The translations under genes were made by a program, and so were the position numbers. From positions 138,517-202,516 of the forward strand of contig CAVXTB010000013.1 in the NCBI GenBank assembly GCA_963764585.1: a stretch of 64,000 nt of DNA. Reading direction: 5' to 3'. The notes below the pieces were generated by a model. That model saw only the letters and a list, made by a program, of their open reading frames with translations, did no database searches and was not told the origin of the DNA. The DNA comes from an uncultured Actinomycetes bacterium (GTDB lineage: Bacteria; Actinomycetota; Thermoleophilia; Solirubrobacterales; Solirubrobacteraceae). This document shows, piece after piece, positions 56,067 through 64,000 of this stretch (its first letter is position 1; every line of letters begins with the position of its first letter).

Positions 56067-57578
56067 GTGACCGACGCACCCGCCGTCATCGGCGTCGTCG
56101 GCGCCGGGACGATGGGCGCCGGCATCGCGCAGCTCGCCGCGGCGACCGGCGCGCGCACGCTGCTGCACGACCCGCTGCCCGATGCGCTCGAGCGCGGACT
56201 GGCGCAGATCGCCGACGGGATCGAGCGCTGGCGCGAGAAGGGGCAGCTGGAGTGCGAGCCCGGCGCGGTCGCCGGCTCCGCCGACCTGAGCGCGCTCGCC
56301 GACGCCGGGCTCGTCATCGAGGCCGCGCCCGAGCGCCTGGAGCTCAAGCGCGAGCTGTTCGCAGCGCTCGGCGAGGCCGCGCCGGCCGCCGTGCTGGCCT
56401 CGAACACCTCGTCGATCCCGATCACCGCGATCGCCAGCGCCGTCGCCGACCCCGGCCGCGTGGTCGGCATGCACTTCTTCAACCCCGCGCCGGTCATGCG
56501 CCTGGTCGAGGTCATCGCCGGCATCGACTCCTCCGTCGAGGCGCTCGACGTGGCCCGCGCCACCGGCAGGGCGATGGGCAAGCGCGTCATCGACGCCACC
56601 GACGGGCCCGGCTTCCTCGTCAATCGCTGCAACCGCCCCTTCGGCCTGGAGGCGCTCAAGCTGCTGCAGGAGCGCGTCGCCGACGTCGAGACGATCGACG
56701 CGATCGTTCGCGCGGCCGGCTTTCGCATGGGTCCGTTCGAGCTGCAGGACCTCGTCGGGATCGACACCGGCTACGAGGTCTCGCTGTCCTTCCACGACCT
56801 GAGCTTCGGCGAGCCGCGCTGGCGGCCCTCGCCGCTGAGCGCGCGCATGGTGGCCGCCGGGCACCTGGGCCGCAAGAGCGGGCGCGGCTGGTACGAGTAC
56901 CCGCGCGAGCGCACCGACGACCCGCCCGCGCCCGAGCCGTCCGGTGGCGACGGCCGCGTCGTCGTCGTCGCGGGCGAGCTGGACGTGGCCGGGGAGCTGC
57001 GCGCGCTCGCCGCGCAGGCGGGCTTCGACGCGCGCAGCCAGGACGATGCGGCCGGCGACGTCCCGTGGCTGCTGGTCGACTGCGGCGCCGATCCCGACGG
57101 GCCGCCGCTGCAGGGCGGGCCGGTGGCGCTGCTGTGCGCCGACGGCTCGCTGCACGCGCTCGACGCCGGCGGCGCGGCGGTCGGCTTCCACGTCCTGCCG
57201 CCGCTGGACGCGGTCGAGCTCGTCGAGCTCACGCGCGGGGACGGCACGGCCGACGTGGCCGCCGAGCGCGCCGAGGCGTTCTTCGCCGCGCTGGGCAAGC
57301 GGACGGCCTGGGTCGGCGACGGCCCGGGGCTCGTGCTCGGCCGGATCGCCTGCCAGCTCGTCAACGAGGCGTGCTTCGCCGTCGGCGAGGGCGTCGGCTC
57401 GCGCGAGGACGTCGACGACGGCATGGTCCTCGGGCTCAACCACCCGCGCGGCCCGTTCGCGTGGTGCGAGGCGATCGGCGCCGTGCACGTGCTCGCCGTG
57501 CTCGACGGCCTGCGCATCGAGCTCGGCGAGGAGCGCTACCGCGCCGCGCCGCTGCTGCGCCGGCTCGCGTCGCTGTGA
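56067..57578 (+). CDS. 3-hydroxyacyl-CoA dehydrogenase, PaaH-like architecture (NAD domain plus two 3HCDH_C domains)
   Basis: IGVVGAGTMGAGIAQ, SNTSSIPIT, HFFNPAPVMRLVE, GPGFLVNR, and a second C-domain GPGLVLGRIACQLVNEA...GLNHPRGPF. Confidence 0.85.
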   Translation: MTDAPAVIGVVGAGTMGAGIAQLAAATGARTLLHDPLPDALERGLAQIADGIERWREKGQLECEPGAVAGSADLSALADAGLVIEAAPERLELKRELFAALGEAAPAAVLASNTSSIPITAIASAVADPGRVVGMHFFNPAPVMRLVEVIAGIDSSVEALDVARATGRAMGKRVIDATDGPGFLVNRCNRPFGLEALKLLQERVADVETIDAIVRAAGFRMGPFELQDLVGIDTGYEVSLSFHDLSFGEPRWRPSPLSARMVAAGHLGRKSGRGWYEYPRERTDDPPAPEPSGGDGRVVVVAGELDVAGELRALAAQAGFDARSQDDAAGDVPWLLVDCGADPDGPPLQGGPVALLCADGSLHALDAGGAAVGFHVLPPLDAVELVELTRGDGTADVAAERAEAFFAALGKRTAWVGDGPGLVLGRIACQLVNEACFAVGEGVGSREDVDDGMVLGLNHPRGPFAWCEAIGAVHVLAVLDGLRIELGEERYRAAPLLRRLASL

Positions 57579-57615
57579 GGTCTCACGAGGCGGCGGCCTG
57601 AGGCGTTGTAGTCAC

Positions 57616-58077
57616 GTGCCCCAGGAGCCGTTCCAGCGCTTCCTCGACGCGCACCGCGACGACGTGTGGCGCTTCCTCGTGGCGTCCGTGGGCCGCGACG
57701 CGGCCGACGACGCCTTCCAGGAGACCTTCCTGGCGGCGCTGCGCGCCTATCCGCGGATGCGGCCGCGCAACCCGCGCGCGTGGGTGCTGACGATCGCGCA
57801 CCGCAAGGCGCTCGATCACTTCCGCGCCCGCAAGCGCCGCGCCGTGCCGGTCGGCGACCTTCCCGAGGTCGCGGCGCCGGCGGGCCCGGAGCCCGCTGAC
57901 GACGAGGTGTGGGCGCGCGTCCACGCGCTGCCGCCCAAGCAGCGCGCCGCGGTCCTGCTGCGCTTCGCCGGCGACCTCAGCCACGCCGAGGTCGCCGTCG
58001 CGATGGGGACCTCGGAGGAGGCCGCGCGGCGCAACGCGTTCGAGGGGCTGCGCAAGCTGCGACAGGAGATGTCATGA
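57616..58077 (+). CDS. ECF-type sigma-70 factor
   Basis: GTG start. Region 2 DDAFQETFLAALRAYPRMR...WVLTIAHRKALDHFR. Region 4 LPPKQRAAVLLRFAGDLSHAEVAVAMGTSEEAARRN. Confidence 0.8.
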   Translation: MPQEPFQRFLDAHRDDVWRFLVASVGRDAADDAFQETFLAALRAYPRMRPRNPRAWVLTIAHRKALDHFRARKRRAVPVGDLPEVAAPAGPEPADDEVWARVHALPPKQRAAVLLRFAGDLSHAEVAVAMGTSEEAARRNAFEGLRKLRQEMS

Positions 58078-58670
58078 ACGAGGATCGCCTCGCCCCGCCC
58101 ACCTTCGATCCGGCCGAAGCGGCCGCCGCCGCCGCGCGCTTCGCGGCCACCGCGCCGGCCGACGTGCACTACGCGCTCGTCGACTCGCCCGTCGGGACGC
58201 TCGTCGCCGCCGCCACGCCGCGCGGCCTGGTCACGCTGTCCTACTCCGATCAGTTCGGCGGCACCGACGGCGTGCTCGACTGGGTCGCGGCCAGGCTCTC
58301 GCCGCGGATGCTCGAGGCGCCCGGCCGCCTGGACGACGTGCGCCGCGAGCTCGACGAGTACTTCGAGGGGCGCCGGCGCGACTTCGACCTGCCGATCGAC
58401 TGGGCGCTCGCCAGCCCGTGGGGGCGCCGCATCCTCAAGGCCACCGCGGCGATCCCGTTCGGCCACGTGAGCACCTACGGCGCAGTCGCGGCGAAGGCCG
58501 GCAACCCGAAGGCGTCGCGCGCCGCCGGCCGGGCCCTCAACACCAACCCGATCCCGATCGTCGTGCCGTGCCATCGCGTCATCGGCGCCAGCGGGAAGCT
58601 GATCGGCTACGCCGGCGGCCTGGACCGCAAGGTCACGCTGCTGGGGATCGAGGGCGTCGAGCTGGGCTGA
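58074..58670 (+). CDS. ogt: methylated-DNA--protein-cysteine methyltransferase
   Basis: N-domain VDSPVGTLVAAATPRGL. C-domain IPFGHVSTYGAVA...NPIPIVVPCHRVIG. ATGA overlap with the sigma gene. Confidence 0.9.
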   Translation: MNEDRLAPPTFDPAEAAAAAARFAATAPADVHYALVDSPVGTLVAAATPRGLVTLSYSDQFGGTDGVLDWVAARLSPRMLEAPGRLDDVRRELDEYFEGRRRDFDLPIDWALASPWGRRILKATAAIPFGHVSTYGAVAAKAGNPKASRAAGRALNTNPIPIVVPCHRVIGASGKLIGYAGGLDRKVTLLGIEGVELG

Positions 58671-59506
58671 TCGGGGCTGAGGTCGTCGTCCGTCGCAGCC
58701 GTGCGCAAGGCCGACGGGTTGCGCCCCGTTTGCTCGCGAAAGACGCGGTAGAACTGCGCGTAGCTGCCGAACCCGGCCTCGAGGGCGGCGGCGAGCGCGG
58801 TCGTGCGCCGCCCCCTGCCATAGAGCTGCAGGAAGCGCTGCAGGCGCTGCTGGTTGCGAAAGTGGCTGATCGACACGCCCGTCTGCGCCCTGAACAGGCG
58901 ACTCAGGTGCGAGGGACTCAGGCCCGCGGTCCGCGCGAGCGCGTCGAGGTCGGCTGCGCGTGGGTCGGCGTGCAGCAGACGTGCGACGGCCTCCACCGCC
59001 GGGTGGACGTCGACGCCCTCGACGACGCTGTCGCTGTCGAGGAACGCTCGCGAGGCGAGGGTCAGCAGGTATGCCAGCCCGGCGTTGAAGAGCGCGTCAT
59101 CGAGCGTGTCCGCATCGCGCACCTCTCGGAAGAGCGTCCCGAGGCGGCCCGCCCGGCCAGCGTCCAGGCGGCGCGAGAAGCGCCCCACGGGGTTCTCTTG
59201 GAGGAGGGGTCGCGCGTCCGGCGCGGTTGCGATTCGAGCCACCAGCGAGGGCCGGAAGACCGCCCACCACAGCTCGTGGTCTGCGGACTCGTCGACCAGC
59301 ACGTGATCCTGGCCTGGGAAGAGCCACGTCAGCGTGCCGGGCGTGAGCTCGTAGCGGCGTTCCCCGAGCAGATACGAGGCGGTGCCACGCACCACGAGAT
59401 TGACCTCGACCTCGGCATGGCGGTGCGTGCGCTGTCGTGCGTCGCCGGCCGCGTGTCGAACCGCGCGCCCATCCTGGCCCGCACGGACTCCAAGATCGTC
59501 GATCAT
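58607..59506 (-). CDS. AraC-family transcriptional regulator (cupin-like N-domain plus HTH_18)
   Basis: C-terminal LARTAGLSPSHLSRLFRAQTGVSISHFRNQQRL...GFGSYAQFYRVFRE. Its 3' end overlaps the ogt 3' end by 64 nt (convergent). Confidence 0.85.
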   Translation of the reverse strand: MIDDLGVRAGQDGRAVRHAAGDARQRTHRHAEVEVNLVVRGTASYLLGERRYELTPGTLTWLFPGQDHVLVDESADHELWWAVFRPSLVARIATAPDARPLLQENPVGRFSRRLDAGRAGRLGTLFREVRDADTLDDALFNAGLAYLLTLASRAFLDSDSVVEGVDVHPAVEAVARLLHADPRAADLDALARTAGLSPSHLSRLFRAQTGVSISHFRNQQRLQRFLQLYGRGRRTTALAAALEAGFGSYAQFYRVFREQTGRNPSALRTAATDDDLSPDQPSSTPSIPSSVTLRSRPPA

Positions 59507-59600
59507 CGCAAGAAACGATAGGAACTCGCGAGCCGGCGAGAAGACACGGGCGCTCCTCGCGCCGATGCTGTGACGGTCGCCCTACACACAGGAGAGCATC

Positions 59601-60353
59601 GTGACCGTCGCATCCGAGCCCATCACACTCGAGCACGCTCGCCAATTCCATGAGGAGGGGTTCTTCGTCCTCGAGCGCGTCGTGCCCCCGTACGATCTCG
59701 AGGTGCTGCGGGGTGAATGCCAGCGCTTCATCGACGACCGCGACCGGGAGATGGACCGGCTCGGCGTCGACAAGCTGGACCTCGATCACCGCGGCCGCCG
59801 CTACTTCGTGCACGCCTACGGTAAGAGCCCCGCGGTCCAGCGGTTCCTGTTCTCCGAGCTCATGGCTGACGTCGCAAGAACGGCTCTCGGAGACGACGCC
59901 GCGTACCTGTTCAACGAGCAGTACGTCGTCAAGGCCGCCGAGCAGGGCATGACGTTCGGTTGGCACCAGGACTCCGGCTTCATCGGATACCCCCACCGGC
60001 CGTACGTCACCTGCTGGATCGCGCTCGACGACGTGTCCGAAGCCAACGGCACCGTCTATCTGCTCCCGTACGCGCGCGCCGGCACCCGCGACGTCGTCGA
60101 GCACGTACGCGACGAGGACACCAACGACATGATCGGCTACTTCGGGGACGACCCCGGTGACGCAGTCATCGTGCCCGCGGGCAGCATCGCGTGCTTCTCG
60201 AGCACGCTGTTTCACCGCAGCGGCCCCAACACCACCGACCGCATGCGCCGGATCTACGTCGCGCAGTACTCAGCCGAGCCGATCCTCACCGAGGATCGCT
60301 CAGCACCGCGACATCTCGCCGAGCCGCTCGCCGCCGACCACAAGAAACGATAA
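59601..60353 (+). CDS. phytanoyl-CoA dioxygenase (PhyH) family Fe(II)/2-oxoglutarate oxygenase
   Basis: WHQDSGF (HxD), WIALDDVSEANG, and FSSTLFHRSGPN. Divergent from the AraC gene. Confidence 0.85.
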   Translation: MTVASEPITLEHARQFHEEGFFVLERVVPPYDLEVLRGECQRFIDDRDREMDRLGVDKLDLDHRGRRYFVHAYGKSPAVQRFLFSELMADVARTALGDDAAYLFNEQYVVKAAEQGMTFGWHQDSGFIGYPHRPYVTCWIALDDVSEANGTVYLLPYARAGTRDVVEHVRDEDTNDMIGYFGDDPGDAVIVPAGSIACFSSTLFHRSGPNTTDRMRRIYVAQYSAEPILTEDRSAPRHLAEPLAADHKKR

Positions 60354-60364
60354 GAGCGCCTGCG

Positions 60365-61472
60365 TCAGACCGAGGGCGTCGTGCTGCGCTGAGCGGCGAG
60401 CGCGAGCCCGCTGGCCGGGTCGAAGTAGCGCAAGCCCTCCGGCACGAGGCCGAAGCGCAGCCGATCGCCGGGCTGCACGGTCGCGCGCCCGTCGTGGTGG
60501 ACGACGAGCCGCGCGCCGGCGACCGCAACGCCGACGAACGTCTCGCGGCCGAGCGCCTCGACGTACTCGACCTCGCCGTCCAGGGGGCCGACGAGCCCGG
60601 CGTCGTCGGCCCACGCCCGCGCGGCCTCGGGCCGCACGCCGACGGTCACCTCGGCCGGCAGCTCCGGCGCACCCGGGATATCGAGCTCGAGCGCGCCGTG
60701 CACGAGCCGGACGAAGCCGCCGTCGCGCGGGCCGGCCGCGGCGGCGAAGAAGCTCATCGCCGGGCTGCCGATGAAGCCGGCGACGAACGTGTTGGTCGGC
60801 CGCTCGTAGATCGTCTCGGGGGTGCCGCACTGCTCGAGCACGCCGTCGTTCATCACCGCGATGCGGTCGCCCATCGTCATTGCCTCGACCTGGTCGTGTG
60901 TGACGTACACCGTGGTCGTGCCGATCGACTGCTGCAGCCGCTTGATCTCGCCGCGCGTCTGCGCGCGCAGCTTGGCGTCGAGGTTCGACAGGGGCTCGTC
61001 CATCAGGAAGACCTGTGGCTCGCGCACGAGCGCGCGGCCCAGCGCGACGCGCTGGGCCTGCCCGCCCGACAGCTGCCCGGGGCGCCGGCCCAGCAGCGCC
61101 CCAAGCTCGAGCGACTCGGCGGCGGCCGCCACGCGGCGCTCGATCTCGGCACGATCGACCTTGCGCCGGCGCAGCCCGAAGGCGAGGTTGTCGTAGACCG
61201 TCATCTGCGGGTACAGCGCGTAGTCCTGGAAGACCATCGCGACGTCGCGCTCGCGCGGCGCGATGTCGTTGACGATGCGCTCGCCGATGCGGATCTCCCC
61301 GCCGGAGATCGACTCCAGGCCGGCGAGCATCCGCAGCGCGGTCGTCTTGCCCGATCCCGACGGACCGACGAGCACCACGAACTCGCCGTCGGCGATCGCG
61401 ACCGAAAGTGCCGTCGACCGCGGTCACCGCGCCGAAGCGCTTCGTCACCTCGGAGTAGCTGACGCCGGCCAT
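60365..61472 (-). pseudogene. sugar ABC transporter ATP-binding protein (MalK/MsiK/UgpC-like) with a frameshift near 61410
   Basis: N-terminal MAGVSYSEVTKRFGAVTAVDG is in one frame. The rest, ALSVAIADGEFVVLVGPSGSGKTT...LSGGQAQRVALGRAL...FLMDEPLSNLD, is in another frame (track ORF 60365..61378). Confidence 0.75.
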
Positions 61473-62290
61473 CAGCCCTTCACGGCCCCGCTGAGCATGC
61501 CGCGGATGAAGTGGCGCTGCAGGAAGACGTAGAGGACGACCACCGGCAGCGCGACGATCACCGAGCCCGCCGCGAGCAGGGCGAAGTCCGACGTGTTGCG
61601 GCCCTGGAAGAAGGCCAGCCCGAGCGGCGCCGTGCGCAGGTTCTCCTCGCTGACCATGACGAGCGCCAGCAGGAACTCGTTCCACGTCCACATGAAGACG
61701 AGCACCATCATCGTCAGCACCGCCGGCCGGCCGAGCGGGAGCACGACGCGCCACAGCGTCGCCCAGCTCGTCGAGCCGTCGAGGCGCGCGGCCTCCACGA
61801 GCGAGCGTGGCACCGAGCGGAAGAAGGCGCGCATCCAGAACGTGCCGAACGCGATCGACAGGCCGCACTGCGGCAGGATCAGCGCCCAGTAGGTGTCGGT
61901 GAGGTCGAGATCGCGGAAGTCGTAGTACAGCGGCACGATCACGGCCTCGGTCGGCACCATGAGCCCGAGCAGGAAGACGTAGAACAGCAGCTCGCGGCCG
62001 CGGAAGCGCATCATCCCGAACGCATAGCCGGCCATGATCGACAGCGTCGCCGACACGACGACAACCGACACCGCGACGATCGCGCTGGACTTCAGGTAGC
62101 TGCCGAAGTTGCCGTCGGCCCACGCCTTGGAGAAGTTGGCGAAGTGCACGCCGTCGAACGCGCCGAACGACTTGACGCTGTCGGGGCTCTGCAGCGCGGT
62201 GAGGACGATCCCCGCGATCGGGAGCAGCGCGAACAGCGAGAAGACGCCGAGGATCGCGTAGGTGAGCGTCTGCTCGCGGCGGGCGATCAC
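61472..62290 (-). CDS. carbohydrate ABC transporter permease (MalG-like)
   Basis: 272 aa, 6 TM, EAA-like loop EAARLDGSTSWATLWRVVLPL. Confidence 0.85.
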   Translation of the reverse strand: MIARREQTLTYAILGVFSLFALLPIAGIVLTALQSPDSVKSFGAFDGVHFANFSKAWADGNFGSYLKSSAIVAVSVVVVSATLSIMAGYAFGMMRFRGRELLFYVFLLGLMVPTEAVIVPLYYDFRDLDLTDTYWALILPQCGLSIAFGTFWMRAFFRSVPRSLVEAARLDGSTSWATLWRVVLPLGRPAVLTMMVLVFMWTWNEFLLALVMVSEENLRTAPLGLAFFQGRNTSDFALLAAGSVIVALPVVVLYVFLQRHFIRGMLSGAVKG

Positions 62291-63192
62291 GGGGCGGCGA
62301 CACCCCGCTCGGCCGAACGATTGATGACGAACGAGATCGCGAAGATCACCGCCGCCAGGCAGATGCCCAGCGACGCGGCCGAGCCGACCTTGCCGGTGTT
62401 GAACGCGCGGTCGTAGACCTCGTAGGCCGGGACCTTCGTCGCGTCGCCCGGCCCGCCCTTGGTCGTGATGTAGACGAGGTCGAAGTTGCGCAGCGCGTTG
62501 ATCGTCGTGAGCGTCAGCGCGACCGCGATCTCGCCGCGCAGACCCGGCAGCGTCACCGCGACGAACTCGTGGATCGGGCCGGCGCCGTCGACGCGCGCGG
62601 CGTCATAGAGGCTGCGCGGGATCTTCTGCACGCCCGCGGTCAGCAGCACCATCGCCAGCCCGAACATGACCCACGTGCCGACGATCCCGACCGCGGGCAA
62701 CGCGACGTCGAAGTCGCCGAGCCACGACCGCGTCAGCGAGCCCAGCCCGACCGCCCGCAGCGCCTCGTTGAGCGGCCCGCTGTCGGGGTCGTAGATCATC
62801 TTCCACATCGTCGCCACCACGACCAGGGCGACCACTTGGGGCAGGAACAGCACCGTCCGGAAGAACGCCAGCCCGCGCACCCGCGTGCGCGCCACCGTGC
62901 CGGCCAGGAGCAGCCCGATCGCCACCGGCACGAGCGAGTAGAAGATCAGGAGCACCAGCGCGTGGCCGAACGCGCCGCGCAGCTCGGGATCGGAGACGAC
63001 GTCGCCGTAGTTGCGCAGGCCCACCCACGTGCCCTCGGTCAGCCCGTCCCATTGGAAGAGCGACAGCCACACGCTGTGGCCCAGCGGCACGAGCACGAAC
63101 GCGGCGAACACCACGAACGCGGGCAGCAGGTACAGATAGCCGATGCGCCCGGGCTCGCCGGGCGCCGGCCGTGTCGCCTCGGGCCGGCTCAC
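62287..63192 (-). CDS. carbohydrate ABC transporter permease (MalF-like)
   Basis: 301 aa, 6 TM, EAA-like loop DAARVDGAGPIHEFVAVTLP. 4-nt overlap with the downstream permease. Confidence 0.85.
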   Translation of the reverse strand: MSRPEATRPAPGEPGRIGYLYLLPAFVVFAAFVLVPLGHSVWLSLFQWDGLTEGTWVGLRNYGDVVSDPELRGAFGHALVLLIFYSLVPVAIGLLLAGTVARTRVRGLAFFRTVLFLPQVVALVVVATMWKMIYDPDSGPLNEALRAVGLGSLTRSWLGDFDVALPAVGIVGTWVMFGLAMVLLTAGVQKIPRSLYDAARVDGAGPIHEFVAVTLPGLRGEIAVALTLTTINALRNFDLVYITTKGGPGDATKVPAYEVYDRAFNTGKVGSAASLGICLAAVIFAISFVINRSAERGVAAP

Positions 63193-63193
63193 G

Positions 63194-64000
63194 TCAGAGA
63201 CTGCCGGTGAACTTCGCGTAGTCGTCCTGGATCTTCTTCGTGAACGACTGCGGATCCTCCTTGCCGGCCAGCATCTCCTGGATGCCCGCCGTGATCTGGT
63301 CGTAGAAGTCGGGCGTCGCGTAGTCGAGGTACGGCACGAGGCCGTCCTTCTCGCTCAGCGTCCGCCACGCCTTGAAGACGTCCTGCGCCAGCGGCGTGCT
63401 GGGCTGGGCGTTGCCGACCTTCATCGCCGGCAGGTTGTCGGTCTGGGTGAGCACGGCCTGGGCGTTGGCGTTGGTGATGAAGTCGATGTACGCCGCGGCC
63501 ACGTCGGGGTGCTTGGAGCGCGAGGTGATCGTGAACGGCAGGCTCTCGCCCCCCAGCGAGACCGGGTCTGCGCCGGCCTGCATCGGCGGCGTGAGCATGA
63601 AGCCGACCTTGTCGCCCATCCGCTTGGCGAGGTCGGCCACGAGCCACGTGCCGGCGATCAGGAAGCGGCCCTTGCCCTTGGCGAAGCGCTGCCACGCCGG
63701 GTCATAGCCGGTGCCGTTGAAGTTGGGCGTGAAGTAGTCGGCCTTCACCCACTGCTGGATCTTCTGGGTGGCCTGCTGGTTCTCGGGCGTGTCGAACGAG
63801 CCGCCGGGCTTGGCGAAGACGAAGTCGCGGATCGCGTCCTTGCTGGCGATCTGGCCCTGGATCGTCTCGAAGTCGTGGATGCCGGGCCACTTGTCGAGAT
63901 TGCCGAACTGGATCGGCACGTCGCCGGCCTGCTTGGCCTCGGCGAGCTGCGCCTCGAACTCCTCGAAGGTCGTCGGCGGCTGGCTGACCTTGTCCTTGTT
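63194..64000 (-). CDS. extracellular solute-binding protein of the sugar ABC importer, C-terminal part (5' end beyond the window)
   Basis: The frame stays open from the stop at 63194 to the window end. Sequence ...LDKWPGIHDFETIQGQIASKDAIRDFVFAKPGGSFD...FLIAGTWLVADL. Confidence 0.8.
   Translation of the reverse strand, partial: NKDKVSQPPTTFEEFEAQLAEAKQAGDVPIQFGNLDKWPGIHDFETIQGQIASKDAIRDFVFAKPGGSFDTPENQQATQKIQQWVKADYFTPNFNGTGYDPAWQRFAKGKGRFLIAGTWLVADLAKRMGDKVGFMLTPPMQAGADPVSLGGESLPFTITSRSKHPDVAAAYIDFITNANAQAVLTQTDNLPAMKVGNAQPSTPLAQDVFKAWRTLSEKDGLVPYLDYATPDFYDQITAGIQEMLAGKEDPQSFTKKIQDDYAKFTGSL

Overview
Very GC-rich, gene-dense chromosomal segment with an Actinomycetota-like gene repertoire; I cannot assign a taxon from sequence alone. 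Most long Arg/Ala/Gly/Pro-rich ORFs in the track are antisense shadows of real genes. About 75 credible genes are packed into operons, many joined by ATGA/GTGA overlaps. Housekeeping and accessory content: a GH63-like glucosidase, two ABC-2 exporter operons (one with a NarL-type two-component system), a GH10 xylanase with a LacI regulator, an MmpL transporter, two ECF sigma operons, a SigB/F-type sigma factor, a Liv-type ABC importer next to pobA, PaaK, acyl-CoA enzymes, and a sugar ABC importer. There are three tRNAs: His, Arg-UCU and Pro-UGG. No rRNA and no CRISPR array. Items worth a second look: (1) a Family-1 encapsulin shell gene coupled to an encapsulated-ferritin cargo that carries a C-terminal targeting peptide (54054-55246). 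(2) A 1.6-kb degenerate integrated islet bounded by a 47-bp direct repeat of the 3' half of tRNA-His, carrying a HigB/HigA-like toxin-antitoxin pair and paired TTGATGCCYC motifs but no integrase (10354-11955). (3) A minimal class III nucleotidyl cyclase fused to a YHS domain, convergent with an ABC-2 exporter operon led by a 65-aa protein that is 20% Met (6821-9923). (4) An arginase / cysteine-dioxygenase-like cupin / beta-carbonic anhydrase / variant arginase-fold cluster in which the GGDHS His is replaced by Cys (15791-18621). (5) A DpgC-like crotonase-fold gene overlapping paaK (27563-30084). (6) Imperfect inverted repeats of about 200 bp bracketing an IS1182-like transposase remnant (42305-43490). 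(7) Two single-base frameshifts, one in an MFS gene and one in a sugar ABC ATPase gene, and a CYTH gene with no canonical start codon. All family calls come from reading motifs by eye; no database search was run.
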